Assembly (NCBI GenBank): GCA_051313645.2
Contig: JBNRSN020000002.1
Location: 319,858,001-319,922,000, forward strand
Direction: 5' to 3'
DNA length: 64,000 bases
DNA from: Centroscyllium fabricii
Taxonomy: Eukaryota
Shown here: in pieces, positions 47,882 to 58,941 of the stretch
Position numbering within the stretch: position 1 is the stretch's first letter
Layout of the letters: each line of letters opens with the position of its first letter
Translations under genes and position numbers: made by a program
Notes under the pieces: generated by a model
Told to the model about the DNA's origin: nothing
The model's input: only the letters and a program-made list of their open reading frames with translations
Database searches by the model: none

Positions 47882-50108
47882 AATATATTTAGCTACAACT
47901 GTGTGTTGTGGCACTGAGACATGAAAATCAAGAGAGTCTTGCGTCCTGTACCTGGTTTGTACTGAGAAAAGTAGTCAGAGTAGTAAGGGGGAGGAAGGAG
48001 GGTTGGAACTGCTCTCAGTATATCTAGCTTAGGGAGAAGGAACAAAATGGAAGTGTAGATATGTCCTGCTAGGCAAGAATAAGATGGATCTTGGCTGTTA
48101 TGCGCCCCATGATATTGTTATCCAATGACTGTTGCTAGAAATAGTGCATGTGTGGATGCTGCATACAGACAGGATTAGACTCAGCAGCTATGATGCTTAT
48201 CATGATTGAATAGCCCCCAGACACTTGCACTGTCTAACATGACACATAAAAAATGACCACTTGTATGAGGTACCAAAGGACTGATGTCATCCATGGAGCC
48301 AAAGGAGAGCTGGAGTTAGCTCCTTTCGGGTGGGATAGCAGAAAATTTGAAAAGAACTGCTTTAACATTGTGGGCGTGATCTTACCTTTCGGTGCAAGTT
48401 GGTAGCGGGTCAGCTGACTTGCGGGTTCCGATCCCGCCTCCAACGATGCCCAATGCACAGACGTAATTTTGCATCCATTGACCTTGTTAAGCCCACCCTG
48501 TGGGCTTGCTGGCCAATTAAGAGAAAGCTGGTGTCAGATGACATCAGTTGATGATGTGTCAGATGACATCAGTTGATGATGCGTCATCTGCCCATTTTCT
48601 TAAAGGGGACACTCATTTTTTTTGACAGATGAATACATTTAAAATGATTTTCCCAACATGTGCTTACCTCTGAAACTCACCAGTGTACCATTGGAGCTTT
48701 CACACCACTTCTGCAGCTGTCATCAATGAAGAAACATTACAGTAGGCCCACAGCATGCCACACTTATGGGGGGCGCTGTGCTCCGGCTGGAGCGGTAGTT
48801 GCGATGGCGTGCTGTTCAAGAATTGATTTGAAATAATGTTATACATCATTTTTGAGTTTAGATTTAAAACATTGGCCCTTGGGAAAGTCATCTGAGAGTT
48901 TGGCCAATGTTTTGAATTTAAATTTAGATTTGAATTTTGATTTTTTTTTAGTCCTCAATGTTTTCAGGAGTGAATGAGAAAATGTCGTTGGTCCTACCGT
49001 TGGAAGCTCGAGTTTCGTCGGGCCGTGGTCGGGCCTCTCCACTCCCGTGGGCGGGAGCTCGAAGTTCGTCGGGCCGTGGTCGGGCCTCTCCACTCCCGTA
49101 GGCGGGAGCTCGAAGTTCGCCGGGCCATGGTTGGGCCTCTTCACTCCCGTGGGCGGGAGCTCGAAGTTCGTCGGGCCGTGGTCGGGCCTCTTCACTCCCG
49201 TGGGCGGGAGCTCGAAGTTCGTCGGGCCATGGTCGGGCCTCTTCGCTCCCGTGGGCGGGAGCTCGATGTTCGTCGGGCCTCTCCACTCCCGTGGGCGGAG
49301 CTTGGAGTTTCGTTGGGCCACGGTCGGGCCTCTCCACTCCCGTGGGCGGAGCTTGGAGTTTCGTCGGGCCATGGTCGGGCCTCTCCACTCCCGTGGGCGG
49401 AGCTCGATGTTTGTCGGGCCGTGGTCGGGCCTCTCCACTCCTGTGGGCGGAGCTTGGAGTTTCGTTGGGCCATGGTCGGGCCTCTCCTGTAACGGTTGGT
49501 GGTAGGGCCCAAATGCAGAACACCGGAATTCAGTGTAGAAATAAAATTCTTTTATTTTTGAGTCATCAAAGATATATAAACATAAAGTCAGTAACTGCAG
49601 TGTTCACAGAGAATAAACAAGTCTTTAAACCAGAGTTCAGGTAATAGAGGTTAACAAGTCCAAACCAGAGTTCAGGTGATAGAGAGCAATAAGTCCAAAT
49701 GTAGAAACAGTAATTCTCCAGGTAGTCCGCTTCACCGAAGCGACAAAACCCCAGCACAGAGTTCCAGCAGTAGAATCCAATTCTTCTGTAGCAGGTTAGA
49801 AACACAATTCGACTGGATCAGAGAGTAGAAACAGAACACAGGTATCATAGTAACAGAAATAACGATCTGGCAAACTCCTGGTGCCAGGTGGAAGCTTATA
49901 AACAGCTCAAGCTATATTGGTTGATTAGAGCTGTCCAATCCGGTGTATGCAATACTAAACAAGGTATTGGCCAATTAAAGGGAGAAGAAGCATCTAGAAT
50001 TTAAAGGGGAATCCCACTCATGACAGAACCCCCCCTCAAGGGACGACTCCTGACGTCCCAAAACCGCAAATGCCGGAATCGGGTGGGTGGAGGGGTGCGG
50101 AGGAGGGA

Positions 50109-53100
50109 CTAACAGTCCTCGGGACCCTCCTCTATGTCCATCTCATCAGCAGACTGAAGGGAATCCTCCTCATTATCAGATTCTACCTCCTCGTTATTAG
50201 ATGCTATCTCCGCGTTCAGGGTCTCCTGGAACTGCACGGGACCGAACCCTTGTCCAGACTCCTCAGGGGTCGCAGTCCTCTTACTTGGCTGGTCGGGATG
50301 CCTCCTGTGAAAATCAACCATGAGTTGAGGATCCACTATATGGCGAGCAGGAACCCAGGACCTCTCTTCTGGACCATACCCCTCCCAGTCCACCAGGTAC
50401 TGAAGTCCTCTCCCTCGACGACGGGAGCGCAGTAGGCGACGAACCGTGTAGACCAACCCACCGTCGAGCATACGAGGTGGAGGGGGCGCGGCAACAGGTA
50501 CCAAGGCACTCTCACGTGCTGGTTTGATGCGTGAGACGTGAAATGTGGGATGAACCCGCATGGATTGAGGGAGCTTGAGTCTCACAGCAGCTGGGTTGAT
50601 GATTTTCTGGACCTCGAAGGGTCCGATAAACCGGGGAGCAAGCTTCTTCGACTCCACTTGTAGAGGCAGGTCCTTGGTGGAGAGCCACACCTTCTGCCCA
50701 ACCTGATATTCAGGAGCCTCCGAACGACGACGGTTGGCAGCAGCCGAGTATCGATCCGCCGAGCGAAGCAACGAAGTCCGCGCCTGGTCCCATGTTCGGC
50801 GACAACGCTGAATAAATGCCTGGACGGACGGACAGGAAACCTCCTTCTCTAGGTCCGGAAACAATGGAGGCTGGAATCCATAGGCACACTGGAAAGGGGA
50901 GAGTCCGGTGGCGGAGCTGGTCAAAGTGTTGTGAGCGTATTCTACCCACAGGAGTAACTGGGACCAGGAAGAGGGATTCTGGGAGACCATGCATCGGAGC
51001 GCCTTCTCCATCTCTTGATTCATCCGTTCTGACTGCCCATTGGACTGTGGATGAAACCCCGACGACAGACTGACTGTGGCCCCGATCAGACTGCAAAACT
51101 CCCTCCAGAATACCGATGTAAATTGAGGACCTCGATCGGAGACTACGTCTAACGGAAGCCCATGAAGTCGGAAAACGTGTTGTAGCATGAGTTCCGCTGT
51201 CTCCTTCGCAGAGGGCAGTTTTGGTAGAGGTATAAAGTATCTTACTGAATCGGTCCACCACAGTCAGGACCGTGGTTAGTCCCTTGGATGAGGGCACACC
51301 GGTGACAAAGTCCAAGGATATGTGGGACCAAGGACGATGTGGTATCGGTAGAGGTTGCAGAAGACCAGCAGGGGCCTGACGAGACGGCTTGTGTTGACTA
51401 CATACCGAGCATGCGTTAACAAACTCCCGGGTATCCTCCTCCAGAGTGTCCCACCAGAACCTCCGCAATATAACTTCCTTGGTCCTTTGAGCCCCCGGAT
51501 GGCAGGAAAGCTTGGAAGCATGGGCCCATAGGAGGACTTCCGGTCGAATGTTCGTGGGAATGAATAGACGGTCGGGAGGACAACCGCTGGGTCCAGCCTG
51601 ATCCCCCACGGCTGATCTCACTCTCTCCTCGATTTCCCACGTAACCGCAGCAATCAGACAAGGAGCTGGCAGGATAAGGTCCGATCCAGGAGCGGAGCCC
51701 TCCTCCTTCTGGAACTGGCGGGACAGAGCATCGGGCTTGACGTTGCGGGAACCAGGCCTGTAGGAGAGGGTGAAGTTGAACCATGTAAAAAAGAGAGACC
51801 ACCTAGCCTGTCGTGAATTCAACCTCTTGGCCGTGCGTATATATTCCAGGTTTTTGTGGTCAGTCCATACTAGGAACGGCAGCTTGGTCCCCTCTAGCCA
51901 ATGGCGCCACTCCTCCAATGCCATCTTGACCGCCAGTAATTCCCGGTTCCCGATGTCATAGTTCATCTCAGCCGGGGACAGGCGCTTGGAGAAATAGGCA
52001 CAGGGATGTAGCTTTTGATCTGAAGCCGAATGTTGAGATAGAATAGCTCCTACTCCCACATCAGATGCATCCACCTCTACCACGAACTGTTGATCCGGAT
52101 CAGGCACCTGGAGAATGGGAGCAGAAGTGAACCGGGACCTGAGATCTCGAAAGGCCTCCTCCGCTGCGGGAGACCACATGAACGGCACCCTTGAGGAGGT
52201 AAGAGCCGATAACGGAGCTGCTACCGTACTGTAGCTACGAATGAATCGTCGATAAAAATTGGTGAATCCCAGAAACCGCTGTAGTTGTTTGCGTGTCTCA
52301 GGATTAGGCCATGACGCAACCGCTGACACCTTCTCTGGATCCATCTGCACGCTCCCTTGCGCAATGATATACCCCAGGAAAGAGACGGTAGTGACATGAA
52401 ATTCACATTTCTCTGCCTTTACAAACAATGAGTTCTCCAGGAGTCGTTGTAGGACCGTCTGGACGTGGTGCACATGCTCCTCCTGAGATTTGGAAAAGAT
52501 CAGAATGTCGTCCATGTACACAAACACAAATCTATTCAGCATGTCACGTAGAATATCATTAACCAAGGCCTGGAATACCGCCGGAGCGTTGGTCAACCCG
52601 AACGGCATAACGAGGTACTCATAATGTCCAGAGGGGGTGTTGAAAGCAGTCTTCCATTCATCGCCCTCTCGTATCCGGACCAGATGATAAGCGTTACGGA
52701 GATCCAGCTTAGTAAATATGGTCGCCCCCTGTAGCAACTCAAAAGCCGAAGAGATGAGAGGAAGAGGATACCGGTTCTTCACCGTAATGTCATTCAGTCC
52801 CCTGTAGTCGATGCATGGTCGCAGCGACCCGTCCTTCTTGCCCACGAAAAAGAATCCAGCCCCAGCTGGTGATGAAGAGGAACGGATGATCCCCGCCGCC
52901 ATAGAGTCACCGATGTATGTTTCCATGGCCTCCCTCTCAGGTGCCGACAAAGAATACAGACGTCCCTTGGGTGGGGAAGAACCTGGCAGCAAATCAATGG
53001 TGCAGTCATAGGGGCGATGTGGAGGCAGCGACGTGGCTCTAGCCTTGCTGAACACCTCCCTAAAATCATGGTAATCGGTGGGGACCACTGAAAGATCTGA

Positions 53101-53605
53101 AGCGGGAAGAGGTGTTACTGGCTGCCGGATGACGGTAGCTTGTTTCAGACAGACCTGGTGACAGGAGGGACTCCACCCCAAAATGGCTCCCGTGTTCCAG
53201 TCAATGTGAGGGTTGTGGCGGCGAAGCCAAGTGTGTCCCAGAATTAGAGGAAGCCGAGGTGATTTCAAGATGTGAAATCGAATGCTTTCATGATGGTTCC
53301 CTGACAGAAGCATATGAATCGGTGAGGTCTGATGTGTCACCGTTCCCAGGAGGTGGCCGTCAAGGGCGTTGGCAGGAACCGGCTGTGGCAGTGGGACCCG
53401 GTCGATCTCCAGTTGTGTGACCAGATCTTCATCGATGATGTTGACGTCCGCTCCAGAGTCAATGAAGGTGGTGAGCGTCTGGGATCCACTGGGAAGAAGA
53501 AGTCTGGCCTGGCACAAGGGTCGTGGATTGGGAGAGAGTCTAGTCAGAGTTCGACTCACCAGTACGACTCCATCTACTGGTGAGTCCGGTCTTTTGCTGG
53601 ACATT
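50109..53605 (-). pseudogene. Gypsy Pol (PR-RT-RH-IN-chromodomain), one frameshift near 51240
   Basis: ORFs 50710..53664 and 50109..51188; small deletion after VDRFSK relative to the plus-strand copy. Confidence 0.95.
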
Positions 53606-54542
53606 GGGAAATAAAATGGCCGGCCTGACCACAGTACAAGCAGAGATTTCCCCTGCGGCGTCATTTATGCTCCACCAATGAGATACAGGTGCGACCCAAC
53701 TGCATTGGTTCGGGGCCCACTGGCTCTGACCCTGCTGTCGCAGTATTCCTGGACGCCACGAATATCTCCTGAGTCCGTTTCGGAGGATGTCGACCAGTCG
53801 TTCCCAGTAGTCTCTCACGTCGACGCGCCTGGATACGGAGATCGATCCTAGTGGCAAGACTAATAAGTTCATCCAGGGTGGAAGGGAGATCATATGAGAC
53901 CAGTTTGTCCTTGATGCAGCCTGCAAGCCCATGAAGAAACACGTCACATAAAGCAGCCGCATTCCAATTACTCAGCCGGGCCCTGATTCGAAAGTCTATT
54001 GAGTAATCAGCAACTGTCTGATTGCCCTGGCTCAGATTCATGAGTCCCCGAGCTGCTTCAGAGCCGAAGGTTACCATGCCGAACACCCTTCTTAATTCAG
54101 TAGCGAATCCCTTGAAAGAAGTGCAAGCCTGAGTCTCCCTCTCCCACTCGGCGGTTCCCCAAAGACGAGCTCTTCCAGTGAGGTGGTTAATCACAAAGGC
54201 TACCTTTGCCGTCTCATTGGCAAAGGTGCGGGGCTGTAATGAGAACAAAATGGAACAGTTAGTGATAAAGGGATTACATTGCTCCGGTTCACCGGCATAA
54301 CGTTCCGGTACCCCGACTCGGGGTTCGGGTGTGAGGCCTTGTAGGTGAGGCATGGGTGCCGACACCGATGCTGAAGCCGGTTCTGGTGGTGGTGAAATCT
54401 CTACCGGATCCGACGCTGCTCGCGAGTTCCAGGCGGCGGTTAGCTGCTCCATTTGGGTGATCATATTCCCCAAAGCCTGCCCCTGGTGTGATAGGGCGTC
54501 TTCAATGTGTGCCAGACGCTTCGGTGTGTCTGCTGGGTCCAT
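53574..54542 (-). pseudogene. Gypsy Gag (PEG10/sushi-like capsid plus CCHC knuckle), premature TGA at 53661-53663
   Basis: MDPAD..PERYAG..HLTGRARLW..LSQG..VADYSIDFR..PEPMQLG, then [14 protein letters not shown] after a CGA>TGA-type stop. Confidence 0.92.
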
Positions 54543-56149
54543 TCTTGGCCAGATCATTCTGTAACGGTTGGTGGTAGGGCCCAAATGCAGAACACCGGAA
54601 GTCAGTGTAGAAATAAAATTCTTTTATTTTTGAGTCATCAAAGATATATAAACATAAAGTCAGTAACTGCAGTGTTCACAGAGAATAAACAAGTCTTTAA
54701 ACCAGAGTTCAAGTAATAGAGGTTAACAAGTCCAAACCAGAGTTCAGGTGATAGAGAGCAATAAGTCCAAATGTAGAAACAGTAATTCTCCAGGTAGTCC
54801 GCTTCACCGAAGGGACAAAACCCCAGCACAGAGTTCCAGCAGTAGAATCCAATTCTTCTGCAGCAGGTTAGAAACACAATTCGACTGGATCAGAGAGTAG
54901 AAACAGAACACAGGTATCATAGTAACAGAAATAACGATCTGGCAAACTCCTGGTGCCAGGTGGAAGCTTATAAACAGCTCAAGCTATATTGGTTGATTAG
55001 AGCTGTCCAATCCGGTGTATGCAATACTAAACGAGGTATTGGCCAATTAAAGGGAGAAGAAGCATCTAGAATTTAAAGGGGAATCCCACTCATGACATCT
55101 CCACTCCCGTGGGCGGGAGCTCGAAGTTCATCGGGCCATGGTCGGGCCTCTCCACTCCCGTGGGCGGAGCTTGGAGTTTCGTTGGGCCTCTCCACTCCCG
55201 TGGGTGGGAGCTCGAAGTTCGCAGGGCTGTGGTCGGGCATCTCCACTCCCGTGGGCGGGAGCTCAAAGTTCGCCGGGCCGTGGTCGGGCCTCTCCACTCC
55301 CGTGGGCGGGAGCTCGAAGTTCGCCGGGCCGCGGGTCGGGCCTCAGTATCTTCACTCCTGTGGTGATCCGGCGTTTCGTTGGGGTCTGTCCTCGGGCCGA
55401 CGGTCGGACATCAGGCCTCTAGTTTTTTTTTTTCTCGCTCCCGTAATCATTGAGGACCTCGAATCAGTAGTTATCGTTACAGTTATCGTTATGGTTGTTA
55501 GTTAACAACATCGAGCTCTGGAGCCGGAGCACTAGCGGACCCTCAACGATGGCGCCGGAAAATGGCTTGACGTCTTGCGGGTTCCGGGCGTGCTATGTTT
55601 CTAGTGTTTTTTTTGTTGTTAATTGTTATGTAGCACGTGGAATAGCAGTAGGCATTTCACTAATTGAATTTGTGTTCTTTTATGTGACAATAAAATTTAC
55701 TTTACTTTCCTTTACTTTACTTACCCTGGCGTGGTGTCCGGATGTCGGGATGCCCACAGTTGACCTGGCAAAATTGAAAAAAGCCTCTTAACTGCCTGTT
55801 AACTACCTGTTAACAGGCAGTTAAGTGCCTATAATCCTCTTCCTGCCGCTAGGTGTCGGGTCCCTGTGCAAATCGGGGACCCGACACTTGGGAAGAATGT
55901 ATGGAGGCGGGCTGACAGCGGGTTCGGGACCTGCTGTCAATCTTTGCAATTTTGTCAGCAGTCCCGCCTCCAAACCTGCCCCCTGAGCGCCGGCAAAATT
56001 CCCCCCTTTAGTTTCCAGTCATGCAGGTGAAGAATGGTCATTTAGCTGAGGGGGCCAGTGGTGCCTGTGAAACCATACTACAGGAGAGGAGGGTTAAGAG
56101 AAGAAATTCTTCAGGGAAAATTAGAAGAGGAAAAAAGATCATCACAAAC

Positions 56150-56226
56150 CTTTTTATCTGGGTGAGGAAGCTCATAAAATCCCACAATGGAAGCCCAGAT
56201 CAGCTGTGCAGCCTCATACCACAGTC
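56150..56226 (-). CDS. ALPK1: ALPK1 internal exon (77 nt): (G)[25 protein letters not shown]
   Basis: Matches recalled human [26 protein letters not shown]; ttttag acceptor, gtttgt donor; phase 1 to 0. Confidence 0.94.
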
Positions 56227-56639
56227 CTAAAATTCATCAGAATAAAAAACAGCAACATGAAGAAGTCTCCAGATCCTTTCCCTGAATCTAGAATTCTATT
56301 TGCAGCTCAGCTGGACATACTGTACGATCACAAGCCCCAAAGTCTCACATTCTGCCCACAAAGGATCACATTCGGTTACATTTTCTGTTTCTGGTTCCAG
56401 GAATGTTAATAACTCTGTTTTTTGGGTTTACTGATGCGATCGCTCTTCCATGTGAAATTCCACTCGCTTTCTGCTGGGACCAATCTTTCACCACCTTGGT
56501 GTTAGTACTGCCAACACAGGTTTGAGACCAGCTCTGGTGATTTGTTTGTGGTTTAAATGCCCTGTTGACTCTATGACATGATGTAAATATGATGTGACAT
56601 TTGAAATAGTGCAGACCTTCACGCATGCAGTAAACTTGG

Positions 56640-58560
56640 CTATTATTGTGAACTCATATTTGTAAGGAAAGCACCACCACATCCAGTCAAGAATGGTGGT
56701 GACCTACCAGGCAGTTAACAGGAGAAGGATGTCCCATTAACATTCCCATCTTCAATTAAGGCAGAGTCCAGCACAAGTACAAGAGACAAGATTGAAGCAT
56801 TTGCAAACATCTTCAGCCAAAAGTGAGAAATGAATGATCCCACTCACTCTTCACCCACCATGATAGATGCCAGTATTGAGCCAAGTTCATTCCAAGTGAC
56901 ATTAAAAAGCAACTGAGTGCACTGGATTCTGGCAGCTGAGTGAAGGCTATGGGCCCTGACAATATCCCAGCTGTAGTGTTGAAGACCTGTGCATCAGAAT
57001 TAGTCACCCCTCCAAACACCGTGTTTCAGTGCAGCTATGACATTGTTATTGACCGACAAAAAAGATGCATCTAGTCCAAGGGCTCATGGGGTGGGAGGTA
57101 TTATATTAGCATGGATAGAGGATTGGTTAAAGGACAGAAAACAGAGAGTCGGAATAAACAGATTATTTTCAGGTTGGCAGGGTGTTACTGGGTGCGGGGG
57201 AGGGGGTGGTGGTGCCGCAAGGATCAGAGCTGGGGCCTCAACTACTTACAATTTATATTAATTACTCAGCTGAAGAAAGTGAGGGTTTGCTGACAATACA
57301 AAGTTAGGTGGGAAAGTAAGCTGTGAGGAGGACACAGTCTGCAAAGGGATATTGACAGGTTACGCAAGTGGGCAAGAAGGTGGCAGATGGAGTATAATGT
57401 GGGGAAATGTGAGGTTATTCACTTTGGTAGGAAGAATAGAAAAACAGAATATTTTTTAAATAGTTGAGAAACTTAAATGTTGGTGTTCAGATGGATTTGG
57501 GTGTCCTTGTACATGAAACACAACACGTTAACATGCAGGTACAGCAAGCAATTAGGAAGGCAAATGTTGGCCTTTATTGCAAGGGGGTTGGAGTACAAGA
57601 GTAAGGAGGTCTTGCTACAATTATACGGGGCCTTGGTGAGACCACACCTGGAGTACTGTGCACAGTTTTGGTCTCCGTACCTAAGGAAGGATATACTTGC
57701 CTTAGAGGGGGTGCAACAAAGGTTCAGTAGATTGATTCCTGGGATGCGAGGGTTGTCCTATAAGGAGTGATTGAGGAGATTGGGCCTATACTCTCTCGAG
57801 TTTAGAAGAATGAGAGGTGATCTCATTGAAACATATAAGATACTGAGTGGGCTTGACAGACTAGATCCTGAGAGGCTGTTTCCCCTGGCTGGACAGTCTA
57901 GGAGTAGGGGGCATAGTCTCAGGATAAGGGGTCGGCCATTTAAGACTGAAATAAGGAGAAATTTCTTCACTCAGAGAGTTGTGAATCTTTGGAATTCTCT
58001 ATCCCAGAGTGCTGTGGATGCTCAGTCGTTGACAATATTCAAGGCTGAGATTGATAGATTTTTGGACTGTTGGGGAATTAAGGGATATGGGGATTGGGTG
58101 GGAAAGTAAAGTTGAGGTTGATGATCATCCAAGATCTTATTGAATGGCAGAGCTGGCTCAAAGGGCCATATGGTCTACTCCTGCTCCTAATTCTTTTGTA
58201 CTTATGTGGTCTTGAAGCCTCCTTCCAACCATCAGTAAAGCGATGGAAGGGGTTATTCAGTGCCATCAAGTGACACCTACTCACCAGTATTCTGCTCACT
58301 GATGCTCAGTTTGAGCTCCACCAGAACCACATGGCTCTCAGCACCATCACAGCCTTGAACCAGACACTGACAGAAGAGTTGAGTGTCAGAGGAGAGGTGA
58401 CAGTAGCTGCCCTCAACATCAAGGCAGTATTCGACTGAGTATAGTCCGAACGAGCCCTGGCAAACTGATGTCAATGGGGGTCAAAGGGAAAACCCTCCAG
58501 TGACTGGAGTAATATCTCATACAAAGAAGATGGACATAGTTGGTGCCCAGATATCATAGC
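56640..58560 (+). mobile_element. Old LINE RT fragment (CR1-group, other family) split by a CR1 3' fragment at ~57070-58205
   Basis: KAMGPDNIPAVVLKTCA before and LLTDAQF..ALNIKAVFD after; inserted CR1 has [40 protein letters not shown]. Confidence 0.75.
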
Positions 58561-58705
58561 TCCAGAACATCTGTTATGCGGTACAGAACTGAGTAAGTTG
58601 GACACTTCTCAACTGGAAAGAAAAGGCTCCAAATAAAATCAACTGAACACGTCACAACATTATTCAACATGGTACCAAAGTCCTTAAATCTATCTTTGAT
58701 CTTAC

Positions 58706-58792
58706 CGAGTTTTTGTAGTATCTGTCCCCTGATCTGAATACTGACAGCCTGAACCAGTATTCGGTCACTCTTTTTCTCATAGACCCAAGTAC
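58706..58792 (-). CDS. ALPK1: ALPK1 internal exon (87 nt): (G)[28 protein letters not shown](G)
   Basis: Matches recalled human [30 protein letters not shown]; cag acceptor, gtaaga donor; phase 1/1. Confidence 0.94.
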
Positions 58793-58941
58793 CTGCATGT
58801 CACAATGAGTAATGTAAAAGTCAGCAGCAAAAGCAAAAGCAAAATGCATATATCAACCTGTCATGTGGTTGGTTTACTCTGCACTAGCAGCTCTGCACTT
58901 TTCAAACCAATTACAGCACATTTCAGAAAGAGATTAAATAT

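Larger units (their letters stand above)
49488..55097 (-). mobile_element. Complete Ty3/Gypsy chromovirus (Tf1/sushi group), young insertion
   Basis: 538-bp LTRs 54560-55097 and 49488-50025 (about 5 differences by eye), TSD TCTCC, polypurine tract, self-priming PBS. Confidence 0.97.
48984..55720 (+). repeat. 51-bp GC-rich minisatellite (~48998-49487 and 55098-55345) heading a retroposon with Rex1-like tail (element B)
   Basis: Unit GGGCCGTGGTCGGGCCTCTCCACTCCCGTGGGCGGGAGCTCGAAGTTCGTC; core GATGGCGCCG..GACGTCTTGCGGG at 55548-55581; TGACAATAAAA then (TTTAC)n. Confidence 0.8.
48372..56006. mobile_element. Harbinger-type MITE split by the VNTR retroposon and Gypsy (pieces ~48372-48983, ~55720-56006)
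   Basis: Blocks shared with 22553-23392 (GCCCACC, GGCCAATTAAG, CTGCCTGTTAACTACCTGTTAACAGGCAGTTAA); degenerate TIRs, imperfect TSD. Confidence 0.6.

Noticed and set aside
47900-48290. Possible ancient SINE-like repeat (a similar stretch lies near 56015-56080)
   Set aside because: Too degenerate to define ends or family without a search.
48839-49523. Repetitive ORFs (199, 191, 172, 152 aa) on both strands
   Set aside because: Artefacts of a GC-rich 51-bp minisatellite whose length is a multiple of 3; open in several frames.
50109-54584. Domesticated PEG10/RTL1-like host gene
   Set aside because: Flanked by near-identical LTRs and a TSD, has a stop and a frameshift, and a sister copy is in the same window.
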